Assembly: GCA_013239625.1 (NCBI GenBank)
Contig: MU056737.1
Span: 2,745,846 to 2,809,845 of the forward strand
DNA from: Lama guanicoe
Taxonomy: Eukaryota
DNA: 64,000 nt
Direction: 5' to 3'
The translations under genes and the position numbers were made by a program. Positions 37,901 to 49,900 of the stretch are shown here, piece after piece (position 1 is the stretch's first letter; every line of letters starts with the position of its first letter). The notes under the pieces were generated by a model. It was given only the letters and a program-made list of their open reading frames with translations, made no database searches and was not told where the DNA came from.

Positions 37901-40900
37901 GACGTGTGTACGTGTGTATTTACGCAAAAAAATGGAAATGATGTTGCAGTCCCAGGCAGACCCTCCATCAGGCTGCGAAGTAGAGAGCTTGACCTGGTCC
38001 CTTTCTCAGCCTTACTCTGCCCGAGTGCACGAGGAATCCTGAGCCTTTCCTTTCCTTTCCTTGGTCCCCCACTCCTTCCCACAGTGCCACCCCCTTGGGT
38101 ACCGCCGTCCCTGGCAGGACCCTGCTCAGTGTCCCCCCTCTGCACAGGGAGTCGGGCCCCAGGGCGGCCTTTGCAGTCCCCGCAGGAAGCCATCTGCCTC
38201 TTATCTCGGTGGAGAGTTTCAGGGGTTCCCCGAGGAGAGCCGGTTAGAGGAGAGTCTTGAAAAGGAGAGCTCCAGAAGCATTCAGACACGGGTTAAAAAG
38301 TGGTTAAAGTGTCCAAAAGTGGATAAAACAGATTTAAAGAGGTGGAATTTAGAAATATTCCCAGGTAACGCTAATATTCTGCAAAACTGTCAGATCATTG
38401 CTGGACGCCCGGAACTAAAGGTAAGCAGTGATACAGTCAAAAGTAAATAAATAATTTAAATGCAAAGAAAAAAAGGCCCACCAAAACGGACGCCAGGATG
38501 GATATGAAGGCCGCTCAGAATCCTCGTGTGACACCCATGGGTACACGGATGGGGGGCCGGCAGGGCGCGTCCTTCTAGCATCCTCCCCGGGCTCGGGGGC
38601 AAGTTCTCTAGGTCAGGAGAGGCGCCCGGCCTCCGGCCTCTGCTCCAGCACAGCTGGGACCGTCCTGGGGGCAGTGAGATTTGGGGGTCTGGCCATATGT
38701 CCGAGAGAGGCAGGGACCCCCAGGGCTGGAGAGCAATGGTCTGTGCTGCTCACCCGTGGGCGGAGGGCGTGGAGAGCCCACGAGGAGGCCGGCCCGCCAG
38801 GGCGGGTGGACCCCCAAACAGGGCACAGCCCGGAGGGGCTGCAGACACCCCCCCAGCGCAATAGGCCTCTTTTAAAGTTCTTCATCTTAGCTGTAGTTTT
38901 CACTTTAAAAAACAGAAACTTTTCATACACCATCAACTAGGGAAATTCTTTTTTCTTTAAAAATGTGTATAATTCATTTTGAATATCTGTTAAAACTTAA
39001 GAGTACATAGATAATTTCCTAATATTTTATGAAGTTTTTTCCTCCTTAAAAACCTGTAGCCTGATGAAAATTGGGTGAGATGTACGGTTCCTGCATTGCA
39101 CCAACGTCAGTGTCCTGTCTAGATATTGTACTAGAGCGATCACACTACAGTCATCACACTATAGTCATCGCACCTCAGTCATCACACTACAGCCATCACA
39201 CTAGTCATCACACTACAGTGACTACCCTACAGTCATCACACCATAGCCATCACACTACAGCCATCTCACTACAGTGACTATGCTACAGCCATCACACCAC
39301 AGTCAGCACACCGCAGTCATCACACTGCAGTGAGCACGCTACAGTCATCACACTACAGCTGTCACAGTACAGTCATCGCATCGCAGCCATCACACTACAG
39401 CCATTCCACTACGGTGACTACAGTCATTATCACGCCACAATTATTGTGCCATGGTTGTCACACCGCTGTCACTGCAGTACAGTGATCACACTGCGGTGCT
39501 CACACTACAGGCAGCATGTGGGAACAGAGGGAGGGGGTGGAGGCTCGTGGGACATTTTCCTGCTCTTGGGCCTCAGAATCCTTAACCGTGATCACATCCA
39601 GGCCTGAATGTGGCTGAAAGGCAAACTGCGTTCTTAAAAGGTAGGCACGGGGTTAACCCCATGACTTGGACAGAGTAACAGGACTCTCCAAAGAAGTGAA
39701 AGTATTTAAGTGATGGCTTTCTTAAGTGGGTCACATCTAGTTTTTAAATTGCCAATTCATAGGAAGTTTCCAAAACAGTGCACTGAGCTCTGTGCTACCC
39801 CAGCAGTGACCTCCCCCTGTTCCCACACGCTGGATAAAGTCACCGTCATTCTCCTAAGGCCCACCACGTGTGAGTGAAAATGAAAAAGGTGTGTATCTCA
39901 GACATGTCTGAACACACCAATACAATATTTCATTTGTTCTATTTATAAGATAAAGAAACACAGGGGGTCCGTGCGGCGCTCTTGAGAGAGCTCAGGAGAG
40001 CTTTGCCAGGGCCCTCCAGCAGGGCAGGACTTGCCGCCCCCGAGCCTGAGAAGCTGCCCAGCTCTCCTGGGCAGCCGAGCGTCCACCTCCTCCCACTGTT
40101 GGCGGGAGCTGCGGGAGCCAGGCAGCCCAGGCCGTGCCGTGGGCCGTCGGCCGTAGTCTGCGGCACCACTCCCGACAGCGGTGTTTTGAAGAAGCGTCTG
40201 TCTGCAGGTGGCCCGCCCTCCCGTGCTGCACTCCCGGCAGCAAAGGGACGGGACCAGGGGGACGGGACCAGGGGGACGGGAGGTGAGCAGCAGTAGCTCC
40301 CGGGAGGAGGCTGCCTTGCACGGGGTGTCCCGTTCCTCTCCGTGACATGTCACAGCAGACCTGCAGGGGACACCCTAGTGCTTCCTCTCAGCTGAGCGCT
40401 GGCTGACAGGACAGGACAGCACTCACGTCCTGTGACAGCGTGTGGCGTTCTCTCCCGTCACCTTTGCTTTCCAAGCCTCCGCGTATGTTAGAGTCGAGCT
40501 CCGGAGCCTAGTTCAGCCTCGGGAGGCGCTTCCTCCTGGCTTTGCCTGTTTCTGCGTTTATAGTTCTCAGTGCAGAACAGGACGTCAGAATTGTTTGGAC
40601 GTTTGACGTAAGCCACCAAAGTAAGTTGGAAGGTGAGTGATGACTGCGGCTGTGCTGGTGTGGTACCCACCGCCCCAGAGAACACGGGTGTTTGTGTTTG
40701 GGGTCTGACTGAGCTCAGACGCGGTGGCTTGAGCGGCGCCAGGAAGACGCTCCCCGCCCATCCCCCCCACCCAGCAGGTGCCGGAAATAGCCTCGCAGAG
40801 CCATCCCCACGGGCCGGGACGCACACCTGCGCGAAGGCTTCTTTTAAAACATGGAAATCTCTTACATCCGTTGGGTTTGCATTTGGGCAAGTGTGACAGG

Positions 40901-43900
40901 AAACTCCAGGTAGCAGCTGTTCAAACTGGGCGGAAGGCGTTTCCCTCCATGTGCCGCTCAGGGCTGCAGTGGCCACTTCGTAATTGTCACCCCCCCACCT
41001 GCCCCGCCCAGCGCATGTCAGCATGTAGCTGTCACCCTCCAGGGTGCTTCGTAGTGCAGAGTGGCCTCGCACCTGCACTCTAGGCTGGAAGACAGAGAAA
41101 GGGTCACGCACAAGGGTGACTCCGGTGATGGGGGCAGTCCCTCCGCTGTCTTCCTGAGGAGCCGCCGACACTTCTGCTTCCATCTCCCTGGTTATGACTC
41201 AGCCGTGCGTCTGGGCCTGGCTGCCAGGAGCGCTGGGTAGTGTCTTTGATCTGGGCTCCCCGCCACCTCGAAGTCAGGAGGCCATCACTGAGTGATGACA
41301 GCTGCCCTGACCACCACCGCGATCTCAGTGGCTCTGTGTGTGGCTTCTGGGGGCTGCGGGAGCCCACAAGGGGCTTACAGCGGCGAAGTGTGCTGTGCCC
41401 AGTTCTGAGGCGCGGGTCCCAGCTCACGGGGTCTGCAGGGGTCTTCCTTCTGAGGCTGGTGGGAGAAGCTGTCCCGGCCCTCCCAGCGACTGCGGGCTGG
41501 CTGGCCGCCTTTAGCGTCCTTGGCTTAGGAGACATTGCCCGGTCTCTCCGGCTTCGTGTGTGCAGGTCTGTGTCCACATCGACCCGTCTCACGAGGACAC
41601 CAGTCACATTGGATCAGGGCCCATCCATGGCCTCAGTCTAACTTGACTTGCTCCGCAAAGACCCCATTTCCAGACGAGGTCACCCTCACAGGTCCTGAGG
41701 GCCGGGGCTTCAGCGTCTTTTGTGGGGACACGATTCCAGCCAACACACAGCAGAGCACGGGCTCCATTCCACCCGCGCAGAGTGCAGGCGGGTCCTCCTG
41801 GCGCTCCGGGGAGGGGGGGGCCGGGACTGCAGGTTCCTTCCAGAGTGTGGCCCCAGGCTCTCCAAGGGCCGGGCTTGTGGCCCTGTGGGTGGGAAGAGGG
41901 AAAATGAGAAGACTTTGTGGGATTTTTGTGTCGAGACCTCGAAGTGGCACAGCCCCATCTGCCCGACCTCCCTCACATGGGCCCCCGACGGCACGAGGGT
42001 CCGCGTGCCTGGGAAGGAGGGGAGACTGACGGGGTCCTGGCCACCGTCGCAGGAAAGGGGAAGGAGACCGAATCCAGGAGGCAAGTCCCTGAGAGGAGTG
42101 ATCTCGTGGGTAATTACTGGCCGTTTTCGTGTTGGTTCCTTTGCTCTGAGCGAGCTTGTGAGAGAGTTCCCGTGTACTGGACCATGAAGGTCCAGGACTA
42201 AGACAGGTCGCCAAAAGGGGAACCCCACCAACAAAGATTCTCTGACTGTGGCTGCGAGCACCAGGGCCAGCAGGAGCCAGTAGGAGGAGGGACCACACAG
42301 GGGAGAGGGGCTGGTGTAGACGCCTAAGATCTGACACCTGAACCTGCACTTAAAGGGCTTAGAACCACTTAGGACATAAAAGACATGAAGACACAGGACA
42401 GAAAGTGCAATGATTCACGCAGACGTCCAGGAGAAGCCATGAAGACTTAACGCATTAATTAGTGACGGCTTTGGGTTCTGGGCCCTTGCCAAACCCAGGG
42501 ACGCGGTCCCAGCCGACCTGCAGGAATAGACCGACCTGGACCTAAGGCTTCAGAGAAGATTGTCAGGGTCCTTCAGATGTGGCAGGGATTTGAGTGCAGG
42601 TTACCCTGGGTTTTTTTTTAAATTATTGTCTTCATTTTCCCTGCACTGCTGTGGAAAACAGCTGCTTCTCTGAGACATCTCTGTGGAAAGTATCATATCA
42701 GAGAAATGAGTTTCCTGCTGCCCATCGTGGCCCAGCCCCAAATGCAGAAGCGCAAGGTTTGCAGCTGGCTGGAGCTAAAGTGATGAGGGACCCACCGCTG
42801 TCCCCTCACCCAGCAAGGCTGCAGGGCGCTCCCCCGCCCTCCCCTCACCAGTTTCACACAAACCTCGCCCTCCGTCTGCTTTCCGCTGCCCCTCTGGGGC
42901 TGTGTCCCCACACTTCTGCTTCACTGCTCCTTTGTCCCAAGTCTGTCTGCAGCTGCAGACCAGCGCCTGCTGCCCTGACCCTGGCGGATGCGCTCACACC
43001 CCTCTGCTGCCCGAGCACCCCGGCGGGTGCACTCACACCCGTCTGCTGCCCGAGCACCCCTGGCAGGTGCGCTCACACCCCTCTGCTGCCCAAGTGAGCG
43101 TCTGGTAATTGAGTGTCTTCCAGACCTGAACAATAAGCAGACACTGTCTAAAGGAAAAGCAACTGAGGCTGACTGTATGTCTGTGGACCCCAGTTTAAGA
43201 ACATGAGCTTAACCCCACATCCTAGTTCCTAGAAAATGTATTTCAATCCCAAACGGGCACAGCAAAAGAGAATCTTTATACTTTTGGTCAGGAGAAGAAT
43301 TGAACTTTTGCTTATCATTAAAATGACCAAAAAATAATTTGATTCTCAGTAACAGGTGCCCATTTTTGGAACGATGGGCGGATGCCTGCCCAGTGGTGAC
43401 TTACTAGTTGACGACACTGGGAGTGTGGGACGCTGTGCACCCCGGGGCTCAGGGCAGAAAACGAAGGACCCATTTTGTTCTGGGAATCAGAGGTTTTAGA
43501 GTAAATTGATGTCAGGCAACAAATCAAGCCTCTTCGTTTTGAAGTCTGGAAGCCGGCGCCCCCGGGGCTGCGGTCTCTGCTCCACGTCACACAGTTCACG
43601 GGGCGAGGCCTGTCCTTTCTCCCAGCTTATTGTCTTCTGCAAAAACTATGTACGTCGGTCCTGCCTGGTTGTCAGCCCTCAGCGGAGCGCCCCCCGGCTC
43701 CCCTATCTGGGAATAACCCGAAATCCCCACCCTCTGTGTGTGTGGCAGGTGCCAGACCCCAAGGCCTTGGCACCCCACTTCTGGGGGTTACGATCACCAT
43801 GGGTACAGTCAGCTGGTGCGAGACGAAGCCCGTCCACCTCCATCCTTGCCCCCCGCCCGTGACCCCGCGAGGAAGCACGTGCAGCCTCAGCCCCGCCCCA

Positions 43901-46900
43901 GGAAAGAAAATCGAGGTTCAAGTGGCGAGAATCCTGACCGCTCAGACTGCTTCTTCTGGAATTCTGACTGTTCAGGAGCAGATAATCTCAACAAGAGGAG
44001 AAAGCGGGAAGAAGCAGGAAGAGGGAGGAAGGGAGAGACGGAAAACAGCGAGAAGTCGGTCGCACAGGGGATGCTCCAGTGAGCTCAGGGGTTTAAAAGT
44101 CTAACTAGAATGTTCATTCTTCAGTCATTCAGCCTGGCCGTGGGCCTCATGCTGGGCAGGTGCCAGTCACCGGGCTGGGTCTCAAGGAGACTCTGACTTG
44201 CAAATAGTGATCTGAGCGGCAGACCCCACCCTGGACCCCAAGCCTGAGCCACCTGGGAAATTAGAGCTGGAAGTTGCAGGTCCTGATAGCAAGTCAAACC
44301 CAGAGCTGAGCCAGCCTCTGGGCATCGGCGCTGGAAAGCCTGCGGGGGTTTCCTTTGTGTGTTTAACTTCTGACGCGTCTGATTTCGGCCCACGGGGCCT
44401 CCTGGCCTGTCTCGTCCCCAGCTTCATCCCCCCGGAACAGAATGCCCTCAGGTTTTGGTTTGTCTGTCAGACTGGGTGGGCCCCTCTCGGGTGAGGGGTG
44501 CTGTCAGCGCCCAGGGCCCGGGCCTGGCTGAGGTGCGATGGGCCCATCGAAGCCTCCCGGCGCCTCTGCCCGCACTCGGATCAGGGTGCGTCGCCTGCAG
44601 GGCCAGATGGCTCTCAGACCAGCCTTCGGGCCTCAGGTGTATGTCACACTGGCTCTGCTCTTCATGGGTGAAAAGTCGCGCTCAGGCCTGGCTGGCCACG
44701 GGGCCCCACTGGAAAAATTCCAGGAGCGTCATGTAGGCAGATGGTGTTCGTCCCCACCTGCACGGACTGCCCTGCCTGTGGTCCTGCGAGATCCGGGCCC
44801 CGCCAGGCCCACGCCACGGGTGCTGGTCCTACACGGGGATGCATCCTGAATATCTCAGGGAGACAAGACTGGTTTGGGGCCCGGAGGAAGGCTGGAGGCC
44901 TGGGAGTGATGGTGGCAGCAGTGGTGAGCGCGGCCACACCGCAGAGCCCTGGTCATGGCTGTGCGGCTGTAGATTCTCCGTGTCTGATCTCATGTCCCCT
45001 CGTCACAGCCTGTGAGGCAGAAGCTCGGCCTTGCGCCCAGCCTGGGCAGTGGAGGAGGGACACCAAACTCTGAAACAGTCATTTCAAATTTCAGAGCAGG
45101 GCAGAATTCAGCCCCCTGACCCAGAGCCGCCCCCGGAACACTTGACTTCCTTCCCTTTAGAAAATCTTGTCTACAGCCAGAGCCTGCAGGGGTCATGGAC
45201 GTGCCTCGGAATCACTTAGAAGCCGCCTCCTCAAGAGCATAATTGTGGTTGGGACCGAAGCATTCAGACAGCTCATGTGACGGGTCGAGAAGCAACACAC
45301 CCACGTCAGTAGTTGCCGGCTTTGAGGCGAGTGTGGAAGGGGCGTGACCTCGGGGTGCGGACACAATTCGGGGGAGGGCTGTGAGCCCCCGACTCCCCCC
45401 TCCAGCGCCGCCTGCAGGACAAAGTGGCCGCGGGTTGGGTCAGTGCGGGGGCGTGTGGACGGCGCCCACAGTGCCCGGCAGCTGCTCGTGGGCCGCCCGG
45501 CGCGGCTCCTGCCCGGGAACTCCTGCCCAGGCCTCTGTGTGCTACCTTCTTCTGCCGGGGGACCGCCTCCCACGGCCGGGTGGAGCCACAGCGGTTCTTT
45601 TTTGTGATGATGCCAGGTGCAGGCTGGGTGCGCCCGGCCCCTTCTCACACGGCTCTCTGCCTGGGAGCCACCCCTGCCCCTCCCCGTCTTCCTCCGAGTG
45701 ACACGCCCCCCTGAGGGGCATCACCTGTCCCGTCAGTCTCCTGAGGACAGGTAGGAGGGACGACAGGCCAGGAGATGCCAGGAGGTGTCGGCAGGTGTGT
45801 GGCCGGTTCGCCAAGCCCTCAGTGCCCGTGTGTCTGAGGAGTCTCCTGGATCCTGAGGCCCCGCACACAGGCAGCCCTTCTGAAGGAACTGAGTGGTGAT
45901 CGGGCTTGCAGACGGCTCATTCTCAGCCAAAACACGGGCAGTTCGGGGCAAGCTGGCGTTTGACTAATGTAGAGTGTGGAGTGAACGAAGCACATGGCAC
46001 CTTTCGCCCCTCGGGGGCGCCTCCCTCAGCCCCCGCCATCTCCTGGGACTCGGCAGGGCTGCCGGCAGGTCTGCGGCTCAGTGCCCACTGTTGCCCCTTC
46101 CTGAGGGGGAACAGAGGTGACAGGGCAGGGGCCGCGTCCGTCCACGCTGCACACAGCCCCTCCGCACGACCCCTGCTTGCCTGCCCATACGGCCGATACC
46201 ACAAAGGACCAGAGTGAATGCACTTACATCACCCTGCCTCCACGCTGCCTAGAATCCACCTGGAGAGAAAGATGGACACAGCGAAAAGAACAGTTATTAC
46301 CCAAACTGTGTGACTCTGACTCTGACAGTTGGGAGTTCGGAGAAGGGCGGTCTCCAGCTGAGGGAGGCATCTGGAAAGCCTGGATCCAGTCTGAGCCGCG
46401 TAGTCCTGGGGTGGTGTCGGGGATGTCACAGTCTCTGAACTGGGAGGACAGGGTCCTGGCACCACGGGGACAGGCGCACAAAAGGAAGCTGTCTGAAATA
46501 CAACCAGAGAGGACTGGAGCATGAGAGGCACCGGAAACCCAGGCGGGCGGGCTGACGCAGGCGGCAGGGCAGGGCTGCCCAGCCCGCGTGTCCCTGTGCG
46601 GGTTCAGTCCCACCTCCCACGTCCTGCAGAAATGGGAGAAAGGGCGCAGACAGAAGTGCTTTCCTTTGGGTCAGCTGCCTCTTGGCTTCTCGTCACTAAT
46701 TCCCCAAAATTCAGCCCAGTGGCGATTCCACCGATGACTGGAACCAGCAATGTCTCAGAACAGCCACGCGGCGTCTGCCCACCGGGACACAGCCGGGGAG
46801 GCGGCCCCCGTGAGCCTGCAGCCTCACTGTGTCCAGATCTGATAATAGCTAATTCCACCAAATATTAGAGGGGCTCACATTTAATTAAGGAGTGGCCCTT

Positions 46901-49900
46901 TGTATGCTCCAGCCTGGAGGCCCCCACAGCCCCAAAGTCAAAAGAAGAACCCTAGGGGAGCAAGCCAGGCTTTTCTTATGTCCTCTGCCGAGCTGCTCCC
47001 CTCTTGGAATGCAATTATGGGAACAAATAAAATGGCTTAACTCGACTCCCCTGTGGGGCAGCCAGCTCTCTGCTGATAAAACCAGTTGTGTGGGCAATCA
47101 TTCAATGAGAAATCTAATATTTAACTAAATTTAATAGTCTGCTGCCTTGGTGCTATTCTGCAGAGGGTGGGATGTCAGCGCAGAGGGACTCGCTATTCAG
47201 ACTCTGTCTGTGGAGGCCGCGTGCGCTTAGGGCGTGATGTGCGCTCCCGCCCAAAGCTGCGGCTCCAAGGTCCGGGAAGTGGCCACGCCGTGTTTCGTGG
47301 CAAGTCTGCGTTAACTCCAGGCCCGCCCGGCTCGCAGGGCGCGGCAGAGCACAGCTGCCGCAGCGTGGAGTCTCTCCTGCAGGACCAGCAGGCGAGATCA
47401 CCGCTGTCAGAAACAGCGAGTCCCAAGGCCACACGGGGAGAGAAGAGCGAGTCGTGGCCAACCTCAAGAGGCTGTTCTGTTCTCTTTCACTGACATGTGG
47501 GCGCCGGGCCGGCCCAGCTGGAGCCCTGCCCGGCCCCTGGAAGCAGGGGCCCGGCGCTGCCTCCCCGACGGCACAGGCCCCACCCTCGGCAGTGGAGACG
47601 TTCCTCTGGTGCTTCTGCTGACCCCTCGTCCTTGCAGATTTCCTTTTCTCTAGTCGGACCCATGGCCACGCACACTGGGCCCCTTGCCTGTCTCCACCCG
47701 GCTTACCTCGTAGGCAGGCAGAGAGGCAGGGCCAGACCGCAGCCTGGGGGGGCTGAGGCTTCCTGAAGCCCCGTAAGATCCATCCTCTGGCTCGTGCGAT
47801 GCACCTGCGTTTTGGTGGCATCAGTGCATTTCCTCGGTTCCCGGAATTAACTGAATCGTAACTTGGTGTCTCATCAGTCCTTCCAGCACTGGAAACTTTT
47901 CAGTCAACTTAGTGAATATGTGTTTTGGTTTCATTTTGGTTTGCCTTCTGCAGGAAGCACTGGTTCATAATCAGCCCTCAGTTGCTTCAACTCTTACCCA
48001 CCAAGAGGTCCGAATGCCAGGACCCTCTGAGAGCCTCAGGCTTCCTGAAACACCCAGGAGGGCCTCTCAGTCTTTTCTAGGTTCTTCTCCATCAGAGACC
48101 TTCTTGGGGCTGTGAAGGAGGGGGCGTGTGGAAACAAGAAAGATTGGGTCAAACCCCAACCTCAACCACTGTGAAGATGAGTCATTTCCAAGATATGAAT
48201 CGGATTTCCACAAACAGACCTATGCATGTTCCTGGAAACTAGCTGTTTTGTCCCCGGGATGGGACTGAATGCTTGTGCCTTGGATGGGCGCTGGAGGGGA
48301 GGCAGCTGGGAAAGTGACCAAACCGCTTGGAGTTGGTGTTAAGTGTCCCTGGGGAGGGGTACTTGAGATGGGTGGTCAGGTCTTCCTTTTGAGGAGGTGA
48401 CTTTGACTTGATGGAGGAGAGGGAGCCAGCAACATTCATAGGACAGCAAGTGCAAAGGCCCTGAGGCAGCAAAGAGCTTGAAAACTGCTATTCTTTTCAT
48501 CATCTTGTGCAGCTCCCTTCTAGTCTTCCCACCCCATAAATATGAATGGAACGTGGAGAATAAACAGCCACCATTTCATAAGCCAACTTCTCTTCACTAC
48601 TGCGTGTGCCTGGAATGCTGTGTTAGAGGCGGAGGGCGTTTGGACTCAGGGAAGCGCGTGCTGTCTCTGCTTGTTAGGAGTGCCGGCAGCAGAGGGGCGT
48701 GCGCACCACCCTGGGGTCGGGCGTCCCCTCCCTGACACACATGTGACCGCCAGGCGGAGGGTGCCGTCTCTGGGCTGCGTCTCCTGGTCTCGGAGTTGAG
48801 GTCCAGTCTGCTTGGACCTCATGCACATCCCTTGCAGGCGCAGCTGTCCTTTCCAGCGTGGTACAAAGGACACCACTTCTTGTGTGATGTGGTGGGGGGG
48901 GTCCGACTTCAGATTTTTAAAACTCTGCCCACTTGGCTAGTTTCACCGTTTCTCCCCTCACGTGTTCATCAAAGCGATACATCCAAAGCCGTGTCCAACA
49001 ACTTGTAAAACATTTTCTGTTTTGTTTATTTGCTTGTCCCAAGCCCTGGGGACTTTCACCTGCCTCTGGTCCTGCTCAGAAGCCGTCCCTGGGTCCTTAA
49101 GCCATGTTGGTAGAGCAGTGGCCTGACATAAAACCCTGAGCAGTGACTCACCGGCAGGGCCTCGAGGCGCACACACCTCACAGCGCCCGTTCCTAAAGGC
49201 ACTTCTCATGGGGGACGGTTGTGAGATTCGTTTATTCTTTAAAATGTTCGGGAATGTTTCAGAGTGACTTGTCCAGCCAAAGGTAGAGCCCCTTGAAGAC
49301 AGAATTTCCTTTCAAACGAACCACAAGTTGTCCCCACAGGCAGGGTGGTGGTGAGAAAGGAGAAGCCGAAAGGGTCCTGTTCCGTGTTGGACGGTGGAGC
49401 AAGGCGGGGAGCCGTCTCCGCAGGAGAGCAGTGGTGTGGGCTGATGTGGGCAGAGGGACAGTGGGGGCCTTTGTGCGTTGTTACAGCCTCAGGAGCGAAG
49501 AGCCGGTACGTCTAAGGTGCAGATCAGAATGGAGCCGCCTGTCTGACTCGAAGCAATAAGGGCCAGGGCCCCTGCTCGGCAGACGCGGCTCCCGGGGCCA
49601 CTGTCAGTTCCAGCGACCGTCCAAACCCAGGTCTCCAAAGCCAGACCACCTTACGATTAGGACAGAGATCTGAATCCGTCCACTTTTCCGGAAGGTGTCA
49701 CCAGGTCCCACTCCAGCTTCTGCTGTCCTTTCCATGGTGGTGTTGTGGCCGCTCTGTTTGGAAAGCCCCTTCGTCTGACAGATACGTGAAGCTGGCTTCC
49801 CCAAACCAGCAGTCTGGAGATCAGACATGCCCAAACCGACCCGTGTCCGTGGGAAAGGCCATGGGTGGCGAACATCGCTGGGGGCAGGGGCGCCGGCCAC

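Noticed and set aside
39139-39510. Regular short repeats, superficially CRISPR-like
   Set aside because: Head-to-tail minisatellite with no unique spacers, in eukaryotic intron, with no cas genes.
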